Shown here piece by piece: positions 1 to 9,535 of a DNA stretch of 64,000 bases. The stretch is taken from assembly GCA_035518715.1 (NCBI GenBank), contig DATIXJ010000043.1, positions 88,386 through 152,385 of the forward strand. The letters run 5' to 3'. Position 1 is the stretch's first letter. Each line of letters starts with the position of its first letter. This stretch comes from Bacteroidota bacterium. Lineage in GTDB: Bacteria; Bacteroidota; Ignavibacteria; UBA10030; SZUA-254. The notes beneath the pieces were generated by a model that saw nothing but the letters and a program-made list of their open reading frames with translations, made no database searches and had not been told where the DNA came from. The position numbers were made by a program, and so were the translations under genes.

Positions 1-1
1 C

Positions 2-415
2 GGATTTGTCGAAATTCCCGTCGGCGGTCGACATAACGGTCCCCATGTCGTCGATCCAGAAAAGTGTATACTTCTTCCTGTCGTTATCGTAACCGTTGAT
101 CCCCATGCCGTGCATCGTTTTCCCCATCACCTCGCTCTGATACTGTTCCATCACGAACCTCCCGCCCAGAATGGATGTGAATTCTGCTGTCCCGTTCGTG
201 ACGGTCGGAGGTTGATCCGGACCTGCAAGCCATACCGATGTCTTCACGTTCCAGGAGCCCACATACATTGCGAGTTTCTCGTGAGCCGGTCCGGGAGCGG
301 CGGCCTGTTCCATTTTCTTCATCATTTCGTCAATACCCGGCGCGGCATTTTTGTCCTGGGCAAGGACAGCAAGGGAAAAGAGTGCAAGAAGAACGCCGAA
401 GAATGCAATTCTCAT
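2..415 (-). CDS. Partial CDS (runs off the window's 5' edge) for a secreted DUF1579-like protein. It is not in the ORF track because it has no stop within the window.
   Basis: Reverse translation from the ATG at ~413-415 gives MRIAFFGVLLALFSLAVLAQD... (a signal peptide). It continues ...FTSILGGRFVMEQYQSEVMGKTMHGMGINGYDNDRKKYTLFWIDDMGTVM, the pattern I recall for DUF1579. The plus-strand ORF 110..460 is its shadow. Confidence 0.55.
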   Translation of the reverse strand, partial: MRIAFFGVLLALFSLAVLAQDKNAAPGIDEMMKKMEQAAAPGPAHEKLAMYVGSWNVKTSVWLAGPDQPPTVTNGTAEFTSILGGRFVMEQYQSEVMGKTMHGMGINGYDNDRKKYTLFWIDDMGTVMSTADGNFDKS

Positions 416-469
416 ACGAGATGGTCCTTACTAAAAAAACCGCGGGTTACACTTGTGTGATGTGCTGAT

Positions 470-1348
470 TTACCTGTGGGAAGTTTGATCGTCGCGTTGA
501 AGGGTTTTCATTTTTTCCAGGAATTCCTCCGCTTCGCGTTTCCCGAAACCCTTTGATTCCAAATACTCCTGCGTGATTCCGGAGCAGTCGAGATGTTCTG
601 CAAGGACGCGTAATTCAAGGCGTGAAAACTGCTTGCTCTTCAGTGTATAATCTTCAAATGCTTCCCACGCAAGCGGCGCGACTCTCTTCGTAATCTCCGC
701 CATTGCTTCTCCATACGCGCGTATCTCATACTGCGCGTGTGGATCAATCCGCAGCTGCAGAAAATGAAAGAGGTTATGCAGATCGATTTTCCAGTACCAT
801 TCGGTGTAAAGGGAAAGGGGCAGATTGACCCGAGCGAGTTCACGGGCAATGTCGGATTCAAGCATCTGCTCATATTCTGCGTACAGTTTCTGCTGCGATG
901 TGAGAAGAATTTCCAGCACCCTCGAGCGCAGGTCCTCCGGCACATCCTCATCGCGCCTTCCCTGCTTGTTGCGTTTGCTCTGAAAGTGGATTACGTCGCG
1001 CTCCGGGACATAGAATTCATCCTTCATGACTGAATACCTGCCGGAATACTCATTGACATTCGCCGTTCGGTGGCGGATCCACTGGCGGGCCACGAAAATC
1101 GGGAGCTTGACATGGAATTTCAGCTCGACCATTTCGAACGGGGTAGTGTGCTGATGGCGCATAAGATAGCGGATGAGACCGCGATCCTCGTTTACGCTCT
1201 TTGTGCCCTTCCCGTACGAAACGCGCGCGGCCTGAACGATCGATTCGTCGCTTCCCATATAGTCGACAAGCCGTACGAATCCGGCATTCAAACACTTGAA
1301 TTCCTTATCGAGAATTTCTTCCGCCTGCGGAATAACGGTGTGCGCCAA
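470..1348 (-). CDS. thyX: Flavin-dependent thymidylate synthase ThyX
   Basis: Carries the ThyX signature RHRTANVNEYSGRYS (RHRxxxxxxS) and is 292 aa, the typical ThyX length. Confidence 0.9.
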   Translation of the reverse strand: MAHTVIPQAEEILDKEFKCLNAGFVRLVDYMGSDESIVQAARVSYGKGTKSVNEDRGLIRYLMRHQHTTPFEMVELKFHVKLPIFVARQWIRHRTANVNEYSGRYSVMKDEFYVPERDVIHFQSKRNKQGRRDEDVPEDLRSRVLEILLTSQQKLYAEYEQMLESDIARELARVNLPLSLYTEWYWKIDLHNLFHFLQLRIDPHAQYEIRAYGEAMAEITKRVAPLAWEAFEDYTLKSKQFSRLELRVLAEHLDCSGITQEYLESKGFGKREAEEFLEKMKTLQRDDQTSHR

Positions 1349-1498
1349 GAACTCTTCCTCTCAGTAATGTGGGATGCAAGATACAGAATCAGGGAGAAAG
1401 ATTCCAGAGAAACTTCTGCTCATGACCCTGAAGAATAGAATCTGCAAAGCGGAACTGCTCTCTTTGTTTTTCCTTCACGCTTTCCGTATCTTCTTGAC

Positions 1499-1897
1499 AT
1501 GATTCAGGTTGCAGTCGGCATCATCATCCGGAAAAATTCCACTCCGGATATTCTCCTCTGTCAACGCAGGAGATCCGCTCCGTATCCGCTCAAGTGGGAA
1601 TTCCCCGGAGGAAAAGTCGAGACAGGCGAGCATCCCGAGGATTGTCTACACCGCGAGCTGCATGAAGAGCTCGGGATCACCGCCGAGATCGGAGATCTCT
1701 ATCACCAGCAGGAGTATGTCTATCCTGACAAGAGGAAATTCGACGTCTCATACTACCATGTTTTGAAGTATTCCGGCACTCTGGTCAACCGCGTTTTCGA
1801 ATCCTATGCCTGGGTTCCGATCCCCCGCTTATCTCAGTACGACATTCTCGAAGGGAACGCCGACGTGGTGAAGAAACTGATGCATGAACCAATTTAG
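1499..1897 (+). CDS. Nudix hydrolase, MutT-like (8-oxo-dGTP diphosphatase family)
   Basis: Has a perfect Nudix box, GGKVETGEHPEDCLHRELHEELGI (Gx5Ex7REUxEExGU). It is 132 aa and overlaps the mutY start by 14 nt. Confidence 0.8.
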   Translation: MIQVAVGIIIRKNSTPDILLCQRRRSAPYPLKWEFPGGKVETGEHPEDCLHRELHEELGITAEIGDLYHQQEYVYPDKRKFDVSYYHVLKYSGTLVNRVFESYAWVPIPRLSQYDILEGNADVVKKLMHEPI

Positions 1898-2825
1898 GAT
1901 TCGCCCCGATAAGATACAGGAGGTTCACCGCTCGGTTCTTCAATGGTACCGCCGGCACCGGAGAGAACTCCAATGGCGGACAACCCGCGATCCCTACGAA
2001 ATCCTTGTCTCCGAAATTATGCTTCAGCAGACGCAGGTTGACCGCGTGAAACGAAAGCTGCCGGTGTTTTTGGAGAAATTCCCTACGTTTGCTCACCTTG
2101 CCCGGGCAACCCGTGCCGATGTCGTGCGCGCCTGGAAAGGAATGGGTTATAATAATAGAGCAGTACGGCTGCGCGATCTGGCCGCGGTCATTCGAAAATC
2201 CCATAACGGAAAAATTCCGGAGACTCTTGACGAACTCCGGCAACTTCCGGGAATTGGGCCGTATACTTCTCATGCTCTCCTTTGTTTTGCTTTTCGGAAA
2301 TGCGTGCCGGTCGTTGATGTGAACATCCACCGGGTACTCTCAAGAGTCTTTCTGCGCATGAATCACGTCGCCAAGTTTTCCGATCGTCGGGAGATCTGGA
2401 AACTTGCTGAACAGGTTCTTCCTGGTAATGCATACGATTGGAATCAGGCGCTGATGGATCTCGGCGCTACGATCTGCAAGGGACGGTCGCCGATGTGCGA
2501 CCGTTGTCCGGTTTCGACATGCTGTACATCCCGCACCTTCCTCCAACGGCAAAAGCATCATACGGTGAGAAGAGCCGCCAGGCCGGAGCCGCGCTACGAC
2601 GGTATCCCGCATCGCATCTGGCGCGGAAAAATTGTTGAAGCACTCCGGAATATCAATGGGCAGAGAACACTGCGGCTCGATGCGCTCGGATCCGAAATCA
2701 AGCCGGATTTTCATGCTCGCGAGCTTCCCTGGCTGCGTTCACTTGTTGAGGCGCTGGTCAAAGACGGTGTCGTCAAGACAGCAATTGCAAAGCGATCCGG
2801 AACAGTCGTGATGCTCGCCGAATGA
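1884..2825 (+). CDS. mutY: A/G-specific adenine DNA glycosylase (MutY, HhH-GPD family with a 4Fe-4S cluster)
   Basis: N-terminal segment ...YRRHRRELQWRTTRDPYEILVSEIMLQQTQVDRV is MutY-like. The Fe-S motif is CKGRSPMCDRCPVSTCC (C-x6-C-x2-C-x5-C). No C-terminal Nudix-like domain is obvious, so an EndoIII-like enzyme is possible. Confidence 0.7.
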   Translation: MNQFRIRPDKIQEVHRSVLQWYRRHRRELQWRTTRDPYEILVSEIMLQQTQVDRVKRKLPVFLEKFPTFAHLARATRADVVRAWKGMGYNNRAVRLRDLAAVIRKSHNGKIPETLDELRQLPGIGPYTSHALLCFAFRKCVPVVDVNIHRVLSRVFLRMNHVAKFSDRREIWKLAEQVLPGNAYDWNQALMDLGATICKGRSPMCDRCPVSTCCTSRTFLQRQKHHTVRRAARPEPRYDGIPHRIWRGKIVEALRNINGQRTLRLDALGSEIKPDFHARELPWLRSLVEALVKDGVVKTAIAKRSGTVVMLAE

Positions 2826-3460
2826 AATCGCCCGGTCAGAAAATCACTGCCGATGAACTGAAAACGCTTCACCGGGAGAAACGGAAAGCGATACGGGAGC
2901 GGCTCGCGGAATTTTCAAGCATCCGGGATGACAACTACTTTTACGAACTTGTCTATTGTCTTCTTACTCCGCAGTCAAGTGCCGTCAACGCGGCAAAAGC
3001 CGTCGGGCAACTCAAAGAAGCAGAGTTCTTCAACACGGGAATTGATCCCGAGCCGTATCTTCATCAGCCCGATTATTACATACGCTTCCACAAGACAAAG
3101 GCGAAACACCTGCGGACGGCGCGCGAACAATTTCCCGTGATCCGTCAGCACTGCCTGAACGGGAGCACCAGCATGGAACTGCGCGAATGGATCGCCGCCA
3201 ACGTCCCGGGAGCCGGCCGGAAGGAAGCATCCCATTTCCTGAGGAACATCGGTCATCGGAATCTCGCGATTCTCGACAGGCACATCCTGAAAAATCTCGT
3301 GCGCGTCGGTGTGATTCCCTGTCTTCCGAAATCCCTCACCTCAAAACGTTATCTTGACATCGAAAGGAAATTTTTGAAATTCTCCGGGAAGATTGGAATC
3401 CCGATGGATGAGCTTGATCTTCTGTTTTGGAGCATGGAAACAGGTGAAATTCTGAAATAA
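2822..3460 (+). CDS. ogg: Ogg2-type 8-oxoguanine DNA glycosylase / N-glycosylase-DNA lyase
   Basis: At 212 aa it matches the Ogg2/AGOG size class. It carries a ...KEASHFLRNIGHRNLAILDRHIL... motif of the kind I recall for Ogg2 (Lys, then Asp ~18 residues later). Its start overlaps the mutY stop by 4 nt. Confidence 0.6.
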   Translation: MKSPGQKITADELKTLHREKRKAIRERLAEFSSIRDDNYFYELVYCLLTPQSSAVNAAKAVGQLKEAEFFNTGIDPEPYLHQPDYYIRFHKTKAKHLRTAREQFPVIRQHCLNGSTSMELREWIAANVPGAGRKEASHFLRNIGHRNLAILDRHILKNLVRVGVIPCLPKSLTSKRYLDIERKFLKFSGKIGIPMDELDLLFWSMETGEILK

Positions 3461-3467
3461 TTTATTC

Positions 3468-4622
3468 TTGGGTGAATCCATGAGAGTACTGGTTATCGGT
3501 TCGGGTATGATGGGAAGTGCGGCAGCATACGATCTGGCGCATTCGGAAGGTGTGGAGCGGGTTGTGCTCGCGGATATCGATCTCGCACGAGCCAAAGAAG
3601 CCGCAGATTCGATCGGACCTGCGGTCGAACCGCAACAGCTGGACATCAACGATCCGGGCACGCTTATCAAGCTTATGAAGCGTGCAGATGCTGCCATCGG
3701 AGCGACCAGCTACACGCACAATGTCACACTCACCAAAGCGGCAATCGCTGCAAAGATCCATTTTTGCGATCTCGGCGGAAATATGGATGTGGTCAATGAA
3801 CAGCTTCAGATGAATGCCGAAGCGAAGAATGCCGGAGTTTGCATACTCCCAAATTGCGGACTTGCGCCCGGTCTGGCATGCATCGTTGCAGCCGGCGCAG
3901 CAAAGAAATTCTCCGAGGTTCACGCTCTGCACATACGCGTGGGCGGCCTTCCACAGCATCCACAGCCCCCGTTGAATTACCAGCTCGTCTTTTCGGCACA
4001 GGGGCTTATCAATGAGTATCGCGAGCCCGCAGATGTCATCCGGAATGGGAAATCGACGACAGTGCCGTCGATGGAGGAGCTGGAAGAGCTCGTCTTCCCT
4101 GCGCCGTTCGGCACGCTGGAAGCGTTCAATACGTCCGGCGGCGTATCAACACTTCCGCGCATGTTTGCGGGGAAAGCCCGGGAAATGGATTACAAGACGA
4201 TTCGCTACAAAGGGCATTGTGAAAAGTTCAAGACGCTTCTCGACCTCGGGTTTGCCAGCAACGAACCGGTGGTCGTCGGTAACAGTATCCGGACAGCGCG
4301 GGAGATTTTCGAGGAACTGCTTCGGAGAAAATTGCCGGCCAACGGTCCCGATGTTGTTCTCATGCGCGTGACGGTGAAGGGACTGCTCGACGGCCGGAAA
4401 CGCACACTTGCGTATGAAATGATAGATTCTTATGATATCAAGGGGAAAAAGACATCGATGATGCGCACAACGGCATACCCGACTTCGATCATCGCGCAAA
4501 TGGCGGTAAAGGGAATCATCACGGCACGCGGAGTCGAACCGCCGGAACAATGCGTGCCGCTTGATCCGCTCATTGCGGAACTCAAGAAGCGCGACATACA
4601 TATTCACGAAACTCTGACGTAG
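3468..4622 (+). CDS. Saccharopine dehydrogenase family NAD(P)-binding oxidoreductase
   Basis: N-terminal Rossmann motif MRVLVIGSGMMGSAAAYDLA, with the overall length and layout of the saccharopine dehydrogenase / carboxynorspermidine dehydrogenase family. Confidence 0.6.
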   Translation: MGESMRVLVIGSGMMGSAAAYDLAHSEGVERVVLADIDLARAKEAADSIGPAVEPQQLDINDPGTLIKLMKRADAAIGATSYTHNVTLTKAAIAAKIHFCDLGGNMDVVNEQLQMNAEAKNAGVCILPNCGLAPGLACIVAAGAAKKFSEVHALHIRVGGLPQHPQPPLNYQLVFSAQGLINEYREPADVIRNGKSTTVPSMEELEELVFPAPFGTLEAFNTSGGVSTLPRMFAGKAREMDYKTIRYKGHCEKFKTLLDLGFASNEPVVVGNSIRTAREIFEELLRRKLPANGPDVVLMRVTVKGLLDGRKRTLAYEMIDSYDIKGKKTSMMRTTAYPTSIIAQMAVKGIITARGVEPPEQCVPLDPLIAELKKRDIHIHETLT

Positions 4623-4802
4623 AGCAAGAGAGGCATTATGAAACGTCCGTTGGCCGTTATCATCATCACCAAGGATCCGAAAACACAGCAGGAGATACAC
4701 AACCGATTTGATGCAGAAACCCGCTTTCCCCGGTTTCGGCTGCTCCTGATTGCCCTACAGGCACTGTTTTCGCTGTAACTCGAGATTAACCGGAAAACGT
4801 CT

Positions 4803-5300
4803 ATGGCAGATACAAGTTCATTTGATATCGTCTCGAAAGTGGATATGCAGGAAGTCGACAACGCGCTGAACCAGGCACGGAAGGAAATCCTGCAGCGTTT
4901 CGATTTCAAGGGCTCGAAAACATCTCTCGACCTGAATCAGAAAGAATTTCAGCTCATCATTGTTTCGGATGATGAGTTCAAGATGAAGGCGGTAGTTGAT
5001 ATCCTGCAGGAAAAGCTGATCAAACGCGGAGTTCCCCTCAAAGCACTTACGTACAGCGGGATCGAGGCAGCTGCCGGTGGACTCGTGCGTCAAACGGTCA
5101 AGCTGCAGAACGGGATCGATAAGGACAATGCGAGATTGCTCACAAAGATGATCAAAGATTCTAAGCGGAAAGTCCAGGCGCAAATCATGGAAGACCAGAT
5201 TCGTGTGAGCAGCAAGAGTAAAGATGAGCTTCAGGCAATCATCCAGCTTGTCCGTCAGGCGGACCTGAAATTCGCGGTCCAGTTTGTGAACTACCGATGA
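4803..5300 (+). CDS. yajQ: YajQ family nucleotide-binding protein (UPF0234)
   Basis: N-terminus SFDIVSKVDMQEVDNALNQARKEILQRFDFKG matches the YajQ signature. It is 165 aa. Confidence 0.75.
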   Translation: MADTSSFDIVSKVDMQEVDNALNQARKEILQRFDFKGSKTSLDLNQKEFQLIIVSDDEFKMKAVVDILQEKLIKRGVPLKALTYSGIEAAAGGLVRQTVKLQNGIDKDNARLLTKMIKDSKRKVQAQIMEDQIRVSSKSKDELQAIIQLVRQADLKFAVQFVNYR

Positions 5301-6865
5301 AGTCGATCGTCGCCGTTCTGACCCTGCTTCTCGTCTCGACGGGTATCCGCGCCCAGAACGGTTTCCGCATCCAGTTTCTTCAGGACACCACGCGCAACGC
5401 CACCGTCGCATCGCTCCCACAATACGGAAAGCAGTATGCATCGCTGAACGATCTTGCCCGTGCCTTCAATCTGCACGCGATCAAAGATTCCGAAGCACTG
5501 AAGATCGATATACAGACTCCTGCGTTCACGATCCGGGCCACCGCGGGATCGCCGTACGTTGTTATTCTGGATCAGAAAAACAACGCAAGCATGGTGCAAA
5601 TGCCGTTCAATGTGCTGTTTGTATCCGATGCCTTTTTTGTTCCGATCGAATCATTCATGCCGGTCCTTCGCAGCGCGCTGAATGACGAGATTGCTTTTGA
5701 CGGCTTGACAATCCGTGTCGGGACGCCGCGGCCACCCTCCGCCTTCGATGTTACCGGCGTAACGTTCGAAGAGAAATCCAACGGTTACCTGATCCGCATT
5801 CTGTGCAGCAAGAAGATTCCCGATTACGAGAGCTGGCCGAAGCAGATCGGCGACAACACGTGGCTGTATGTGACGCTGGCAAATGCCCGTGCCGATGTCC
5901 CGGCGATACAGAAAATCCAACCTACCGGATTTGTCAAGCAGATTCTGGTCTTCCAGTCGCCAACCGCAGTTCAGCTGACGTTCAAGATCAAGGGAGAGGT
6001 GACCGGAACCGAGCCGCTTCCCGCGGAAAACAGCAACGATATTCTCCTCGCCGTTCACACCCCGACACCGGAGGAGATCGCCGCAAGGAAGGAGCGGGAT
6101 TACGGGCATGCATTGCAGAAAGAGCGTGACAAATGGAAGCTCGACGTTGTCGTGATCGATGCAGGACATGGCGGGAACGACCCCGGAACAATCGGCGTGA
6201 ACAAGACGAAGGAAAAAGACGTCACACTTGCGATCGCCCTCCGGCTCGGCAAGCTCATTCAGAAGAGCCTTCCGAAGGTGAAGGTCGTTTACACCCGCCA
6301 GACGGATACGTTCATCGAGCTTTACCGCCGGGGCCAGATTGCAAACCAGAACGCCGGAAAGCTCTTCATCAGCATTCACTGCAATTCGATGCCTCACAAG
6401 CCGAATCCCGAGAACGGCTTCGAGATCTATCTGCTCAGACCGGGAAAGACGGAGAACGCGCTCAGGATCTCGGAGCGCGAGAATGCGGTTGTAAAGCTGG
6501 AAGAAGGATACGAGAATCGATACCAGCAGCTCACAGAGGAAAACTTCATCCTTCTCGCTATGGCGCAGAGCGCCTACGTCAAGTACAGCGAGGAGTTTTC
6601 CAGCATTCTCCAGAAGGAAATGACCAAGTCGTCCCAATTATCCAATAACGGCGTCAAGCAGGCGGGATTCTATGTGCTCGTCGGTGCGTCGATGCCGAAT
6701 GTGCTTGTCGAGACGGGATATCTTTCCAATAAGCATGATGCGAAAATCCTGACAAGTGCAAAGGGGCAGGATCGCATCGCATCCGCGATCTGCAATGCGA
6801 TCAAACGGTACAAGGATGAATACGAGAAGTCTCTGAGCGAAGGGAAAGAGCTCGGGACGAACTGA
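5297..6865 (+). CDS. N-acetylmuramoyl-L-alanine amidase (Amidase_3) with N-terminal AMIN domains
   Basis: Has a signal peptide. The catalytic core contains VVIDAGHGGNDPGTIG...ISIHCNS...GFYVL..ETGYLSN, which are Amidase_3 motifs. Confidence 0.85.
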   Translation: MKSIVAVLTLLLVSTGIRAQNGFRIQFLQDTTRNATVASLPQYGKQYASLNDLARAFNLHAIKDSEALKIDIQTPAFTIRATAGSPYVVILDQKNNASMVQMPFNVLFVSDAFFVPIESFMPVLRSALNDEIAFDGLTIRVGTPRPPSAFDVTGVTFEEKSNGYLIRILCSKKIPDYESWPKQIGDNTWLYVTLANARADVPAIQKIQPTGFVKQILVFQSPTAVQLTFKIKGEVTGTEPLPAENSNDILLAVHTPTPEEIAARKERDYGHALQKERDKWKLDVVVIDAGHGGNDPGTIGVNKTKEKDVTLAIALRLGKLIQKSLPKVKVVYTRQTDTFIELYRRGQIANQNAGKLFISIHCNSMPHKPNPENGFEIYLLRPGKTENALRISERENAVVKLEEGYENRYQQLTEENFILLAMAQSAYVKYSEEFSSILQKEMTKSSQLSNNGVKQAGFYVLVGASMPNVLVETGYLSNKHDAKILTSAKGQDRIASAICNAIKRYKDEYEKSLSEGKELGTN

Positions 6866-6904
6866 ACCCGTTTTGGGGGCGATCTCCCGGACCTGGCAGA
6901 ACTC

Positions 6905-7321
6905 CTATTTTGCTTTGATGAGAAGGAGCGGCACGTTGACACTGTGCCGCACGCGGGTGACCGTTGTCCCCAGAAAAAGATCTGCAATGAACCGATGACC
7001 GTGCGTGCTCATCGCAATCAGGTCGCATCCCTTCTGGCGAACCCACTTCACGATTTCCTCAGCTGGTTCACCAAAAGCCAGATCCGTCTCCGTCGGAATC
7101 CCTTCAGCGGCAAATTCCCTTTGCACATTTTCCAGGTACTTCCTGTCCTGAGTTATCTCCGGACCCACTGCGTCCGGTCCGAAGCTCCGCGCGGCCCAGC
7201 CGTCGGCAACATGGAGAAGAACCACTCGTGCCTGCGTGAGCTTCGCAAGCTGCAGAACATGCTTGATCACGGCATGATCAGTTGAAGTGCCGTCCAAGGT
7301 AACCAGAATCGTTTTATACAT
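6905..7321 (-). CDS. Universal stress protein (UspA family)
   Basis: At 138 aa it fits the UspA fold, with ILVTLDGT..., ...LLHV... and a C-terminal GHRFIADLFLGTTVTRVRHSVNVPLLLI (an ATP-binding G-x2-G-x9-G(S/T)-like tail). Confidence 0.8.
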   Translation of the reverse strand: MYKTILVTLDGTSTDHAVIKHVLQLAKLTQARVVLLHVADGWAARSFGPDAVGPEITQDRKYLENVQREFAAEGIPTETDLAFGEPAEEIVKWVRQKGCDLIAMSTHGHRFIADLFLGTTVTRVRHSVNVPLLLIKAK

Positions 7322-7339
7322 GCAATCCCCTTTGAGGAA

Positions 7340-8758
7340 TTAGTTGCCGGTAAGAACGTGCCATGCGCCTGCAATTGACTGCGGTAATCCCCAGAGATCC
7401 ATCGCGGTAATGAGAAGAGCACTACTCCATCCGGCAATCATCAGAAAGATGCCCAGCTGCCATTTCCCCATGCGCTTTCGCGAGGATGCAAACTGGAGAA
7501 GGGGAAACATTGCAAACGGAAGTTGCAGAGCCAGCACGACCTGACTCAACGTCAGGAGGTCATTCACACTGGCGTCACCCCTGATGCCAATAATGAGAAC
7601 TGCCGGCACAATCGCAAGCGCCCGAGTGATCAGCCGTCTGACCCACGGTTTGATTCTCCAGTGCATGAAACCTTCCATGACTACCTGACCGGCAAGAGTG
7701 CCTGTAATTGTGCTGCTCTGGCCGCTTGCAAGCAGTGCAACGACAAAGAGGGTGCTGGCAACGGCTGTGCCCAATAAGGGCGCGAGTGTCAAATATGCTA
7801 TGCGAATCCAATCGCTGTCGGCGCTGAATACCACCATCTGGCCGCCAGCCACTGTTACGCTTGTCTTGCCATAAAATACCATCGCAGCGAGCACCATAAT
7901 AGCCGCGTTGACAAAAAATGCCACGGTGAGTGCTGCGACCGAATCAATCGTATTGAATCGGATGGCACTCCGAATCGACGCCATGTCTTTTTGCAGCTTG
8001 CGGCTCTGCACGAGCGCGGAGTGCAAGTACAGATTGTGCGGCATGACGGTTGCGCCTATGATGCCGATCGCTATGAATATCATACCCCGCTCGCCCAATT
8101 TCAACCTGAGCATGGAGGCTCCCATTTCAAGAAAAGCCGGCCGAGTTTGGGGCAGAATGAAGATCTCCACAGAGTAACAAACTCCGATGGTTGCCACCAA
8201 TAACAGGACAACCGCTTCAATCGTCCGCATTCCAAAATGCTGCAATGCTAGGAGAAGTAAGACATCCAACCCAGTGATGATGACGGCCCAGAGAAGAGGG
8301 AGATGGAACAGGAGGTTCAGCGCAACGGCACTTCCGAGAACTTCCGCCAGATCACACGCGCCGATAGCAGACTCGCAAAAGAACCAGTTGGGCCATCGCG
8401 TCCAGGAGGGGTACCAATCCCGGCAGCACTGTGCAAGATCCTTTCCTGTTACCACTCCCAACCTTGCCGCGATGACTTGCATGAAGATCGCCATTATGCT
8501 TGCAAGTCCGACCACCCAGAGCAAATCGTACTTGAACTGTGCACCCCCGGCCAGATCAGTCCCCCAGTTTCCCGGATCCATGTAGCCCACGCTCACGAGG
8601 ATGGCAGGGCCCACGAAGGCACGCCATTGCTGCCAAAAACCTGATTTATAATGCGGGACGGGGATCGAGCCGTGGACATTGTCCAGCGAGAGCCGACTCT
8701 CCGGTAACGCGCCCGAACCTGTCGTGTTGTCCTGATCTTTCGAATCAGCTGAACCCAA
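7340..8758 (-). CDS. mntH: Nramp family divalent metal (Mn2+/Fe2+) transporter MntH
   Basis: Contains GYMDPGNWGTDLAGGAQFKYDLLWVV (the DPGN motif) and roughly 11-12 predicted TM segments. Confidence 0.9.
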   Translation of the reverse strand: MGSADSKDQDNTTGSGALPESRLSLDNVHGSIPVPHYKSGFWQQWRAFVGPAILVSVGYMDPGNWGTDLAGGAQFKYDLLWVVGLASIMAIFMQVIAARLGVVTGKDLAQCCRDWYPSWTRWPNWFFCESAIGACDLAEVLGSAVALNLLFHLPLLWAVIITGLDVLLLLALQHFGMRTIEAVVLLLVATIGVCYSVEIFILPQTRPAFLEMGASMLRLKLGERGMIFIAIGIIGATVMPHNLYLHSALVQSRKLQKDMASIRSAIRFNTIDSVAALTVAFFVNAAIMVLAAMVFYGKTSVTVAGGQMVVFSADSDWIRIAYLTLAPLLGTAVASTLFVVALLASGQSSTITGTLAGQVVMEGFMHWRIKPWVRRLITRALAIVPAVLIIGIRGDASVNDLLTLSQVVLALQLPFAMFPLLQFASSRKRMGKWQLGIFLMIAGWSSALLITAMDLWGLPQSIAGAWHVLTGN

Positions 8759-8844
8759 TTCCTTCTCCGTTAAAAGGATTCCATTTTTTGCCGTAGCATG
8801 AGTGCCGACCCTCCATCTTCATTACTCTCACCACGGCGCAAGCA

Positions 8845-9507
8845 TCATTGACGATGGAAATCCCGAACATGAATCGCTTCCGCCACCTTCCGGCTGAGAA
8901 AGTGTTCCTTTCTTCCATCCTTCACGGTCACAGAGCCATCATATGCCAGGACGTTTGTAATTGCGAGCTTCTGCCCCAGCCGAAGGCCCAGAGATGACAG
9001 ATGTTTCAGGATTTCCTGTTCATCATCTACCTGCACAATGACGACCGATTCACCCGGTACACACACCGAAAGAGTGCGGTGCAGCATTCCGGGGACTTCA
9101 CCCTGAGCAGACGGAATCGGGTCGCCGTGAGGGTCGAATTTCGGATGGCCAAGCGCTTTGTCAAGACGCCGTTCCATCGATGCCGAGGTGACATGCTCGA
9201 GATGTTCTGCCTCGTCGTGAATCTCGTCCCAGCGGTAGTCAAGATACCTCACGAGAAACATCTCCCAGAGACGATGGCGACGGAGCATCTGCAAGGCAAG
9301 CTTGGTGCCGGACCGCGTGAGCACGACGCCCTTGTACGGGGTATACACGATGAGTTTCTTGCCGGAAAGCTTTTTCAGCATTCCCGTGACCGATCCATCT
9401 TCGATCTTCAGATGCCGGGCAAGCGAGGATGTGGAGACCCCTTTGCCGGTTGCCTGAAGTTTGTAGATCCCTTTGATGTAATCTTCCGTAGACTGGTTCT
9501 TGGCCAT
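8845..9507 (-). CDS. mntR: DtxR/MntR family metal-dependent transcriptional repressor with a C-terminal FeoA/SH3-like domain
   Basis: HTH ...STSSLARHLKIEDGSVTGMLKKL..., a metal-binding, dimerisation region, and a C-terminal FeoA-like domain. The ORF track begins at a GTG at 9528 that lies inside the operator palindrome; the ATG at 9507 (MAKNQ...) is the more likely start. Confidence 0.8.
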   Translation of the reverse strand: MAKNQSTEDYIKGIYKLQATGKGVSTSSLARHLKIEDGSVTGMLKKLSGKKLIVYTPYKGVVLTRSGTKLALQMLRRHRLWEMFLVRYLDYRWDEIHDEAEHLEHVTSASMERRLDKALGHPKFDPHGDPIPSAQGEVPGMLHRTLSVCVPGESVVIVQVDDEQEILKHLSSLGLRLGQKLAITNVLAYDGSVTVKDGRKEHFLSRKVAEAIHVRDFHRQ

Positions 9508-9515
9508 ACCGCTGT

Positions 9516-9535
9516 ATTTTAGGTACACCTAAATA
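9516..9535. promoter_or_regulatory. Putative MntR/DtxR operator, an imperfect palindrome (aTTTTAGGTacACCTAAAta)
   Basis: Arms TTAGGT / ACCTAA are perfect inverted repeats around a 2-nt centre. This resembles the DtxR/IdeR box TTAGGTTAGCCTAACCTAA. It sits directly 5' of the mntR ATG. Confidence 0.55.

Noticed and set aside
110-460. 116-aa plus-strand ORF at the window start
   Set aside because: It is the antisense shadow of a much better minus-strand CDS (the DUF1579-like secreted protein). Its own composition is Cys/His/Arg-rich and not protein-like.
4637-4777. 46-codon mini-ORF (MKRPLAVIIITKDPK...) between the saccharopine dehydrogenase-like gene and yajQ
   Set aside because: Too short, with no recognisable family; probably chance. 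Conservation analysis would be needed to call it a small protein.
5651-6637. 328-aa minus-strand ORF
   Set aside because: Lies entirely antisense within the well-supported amidase gene; typical GC-rich shadow ORF with Arg/Leu-rich junk translation.
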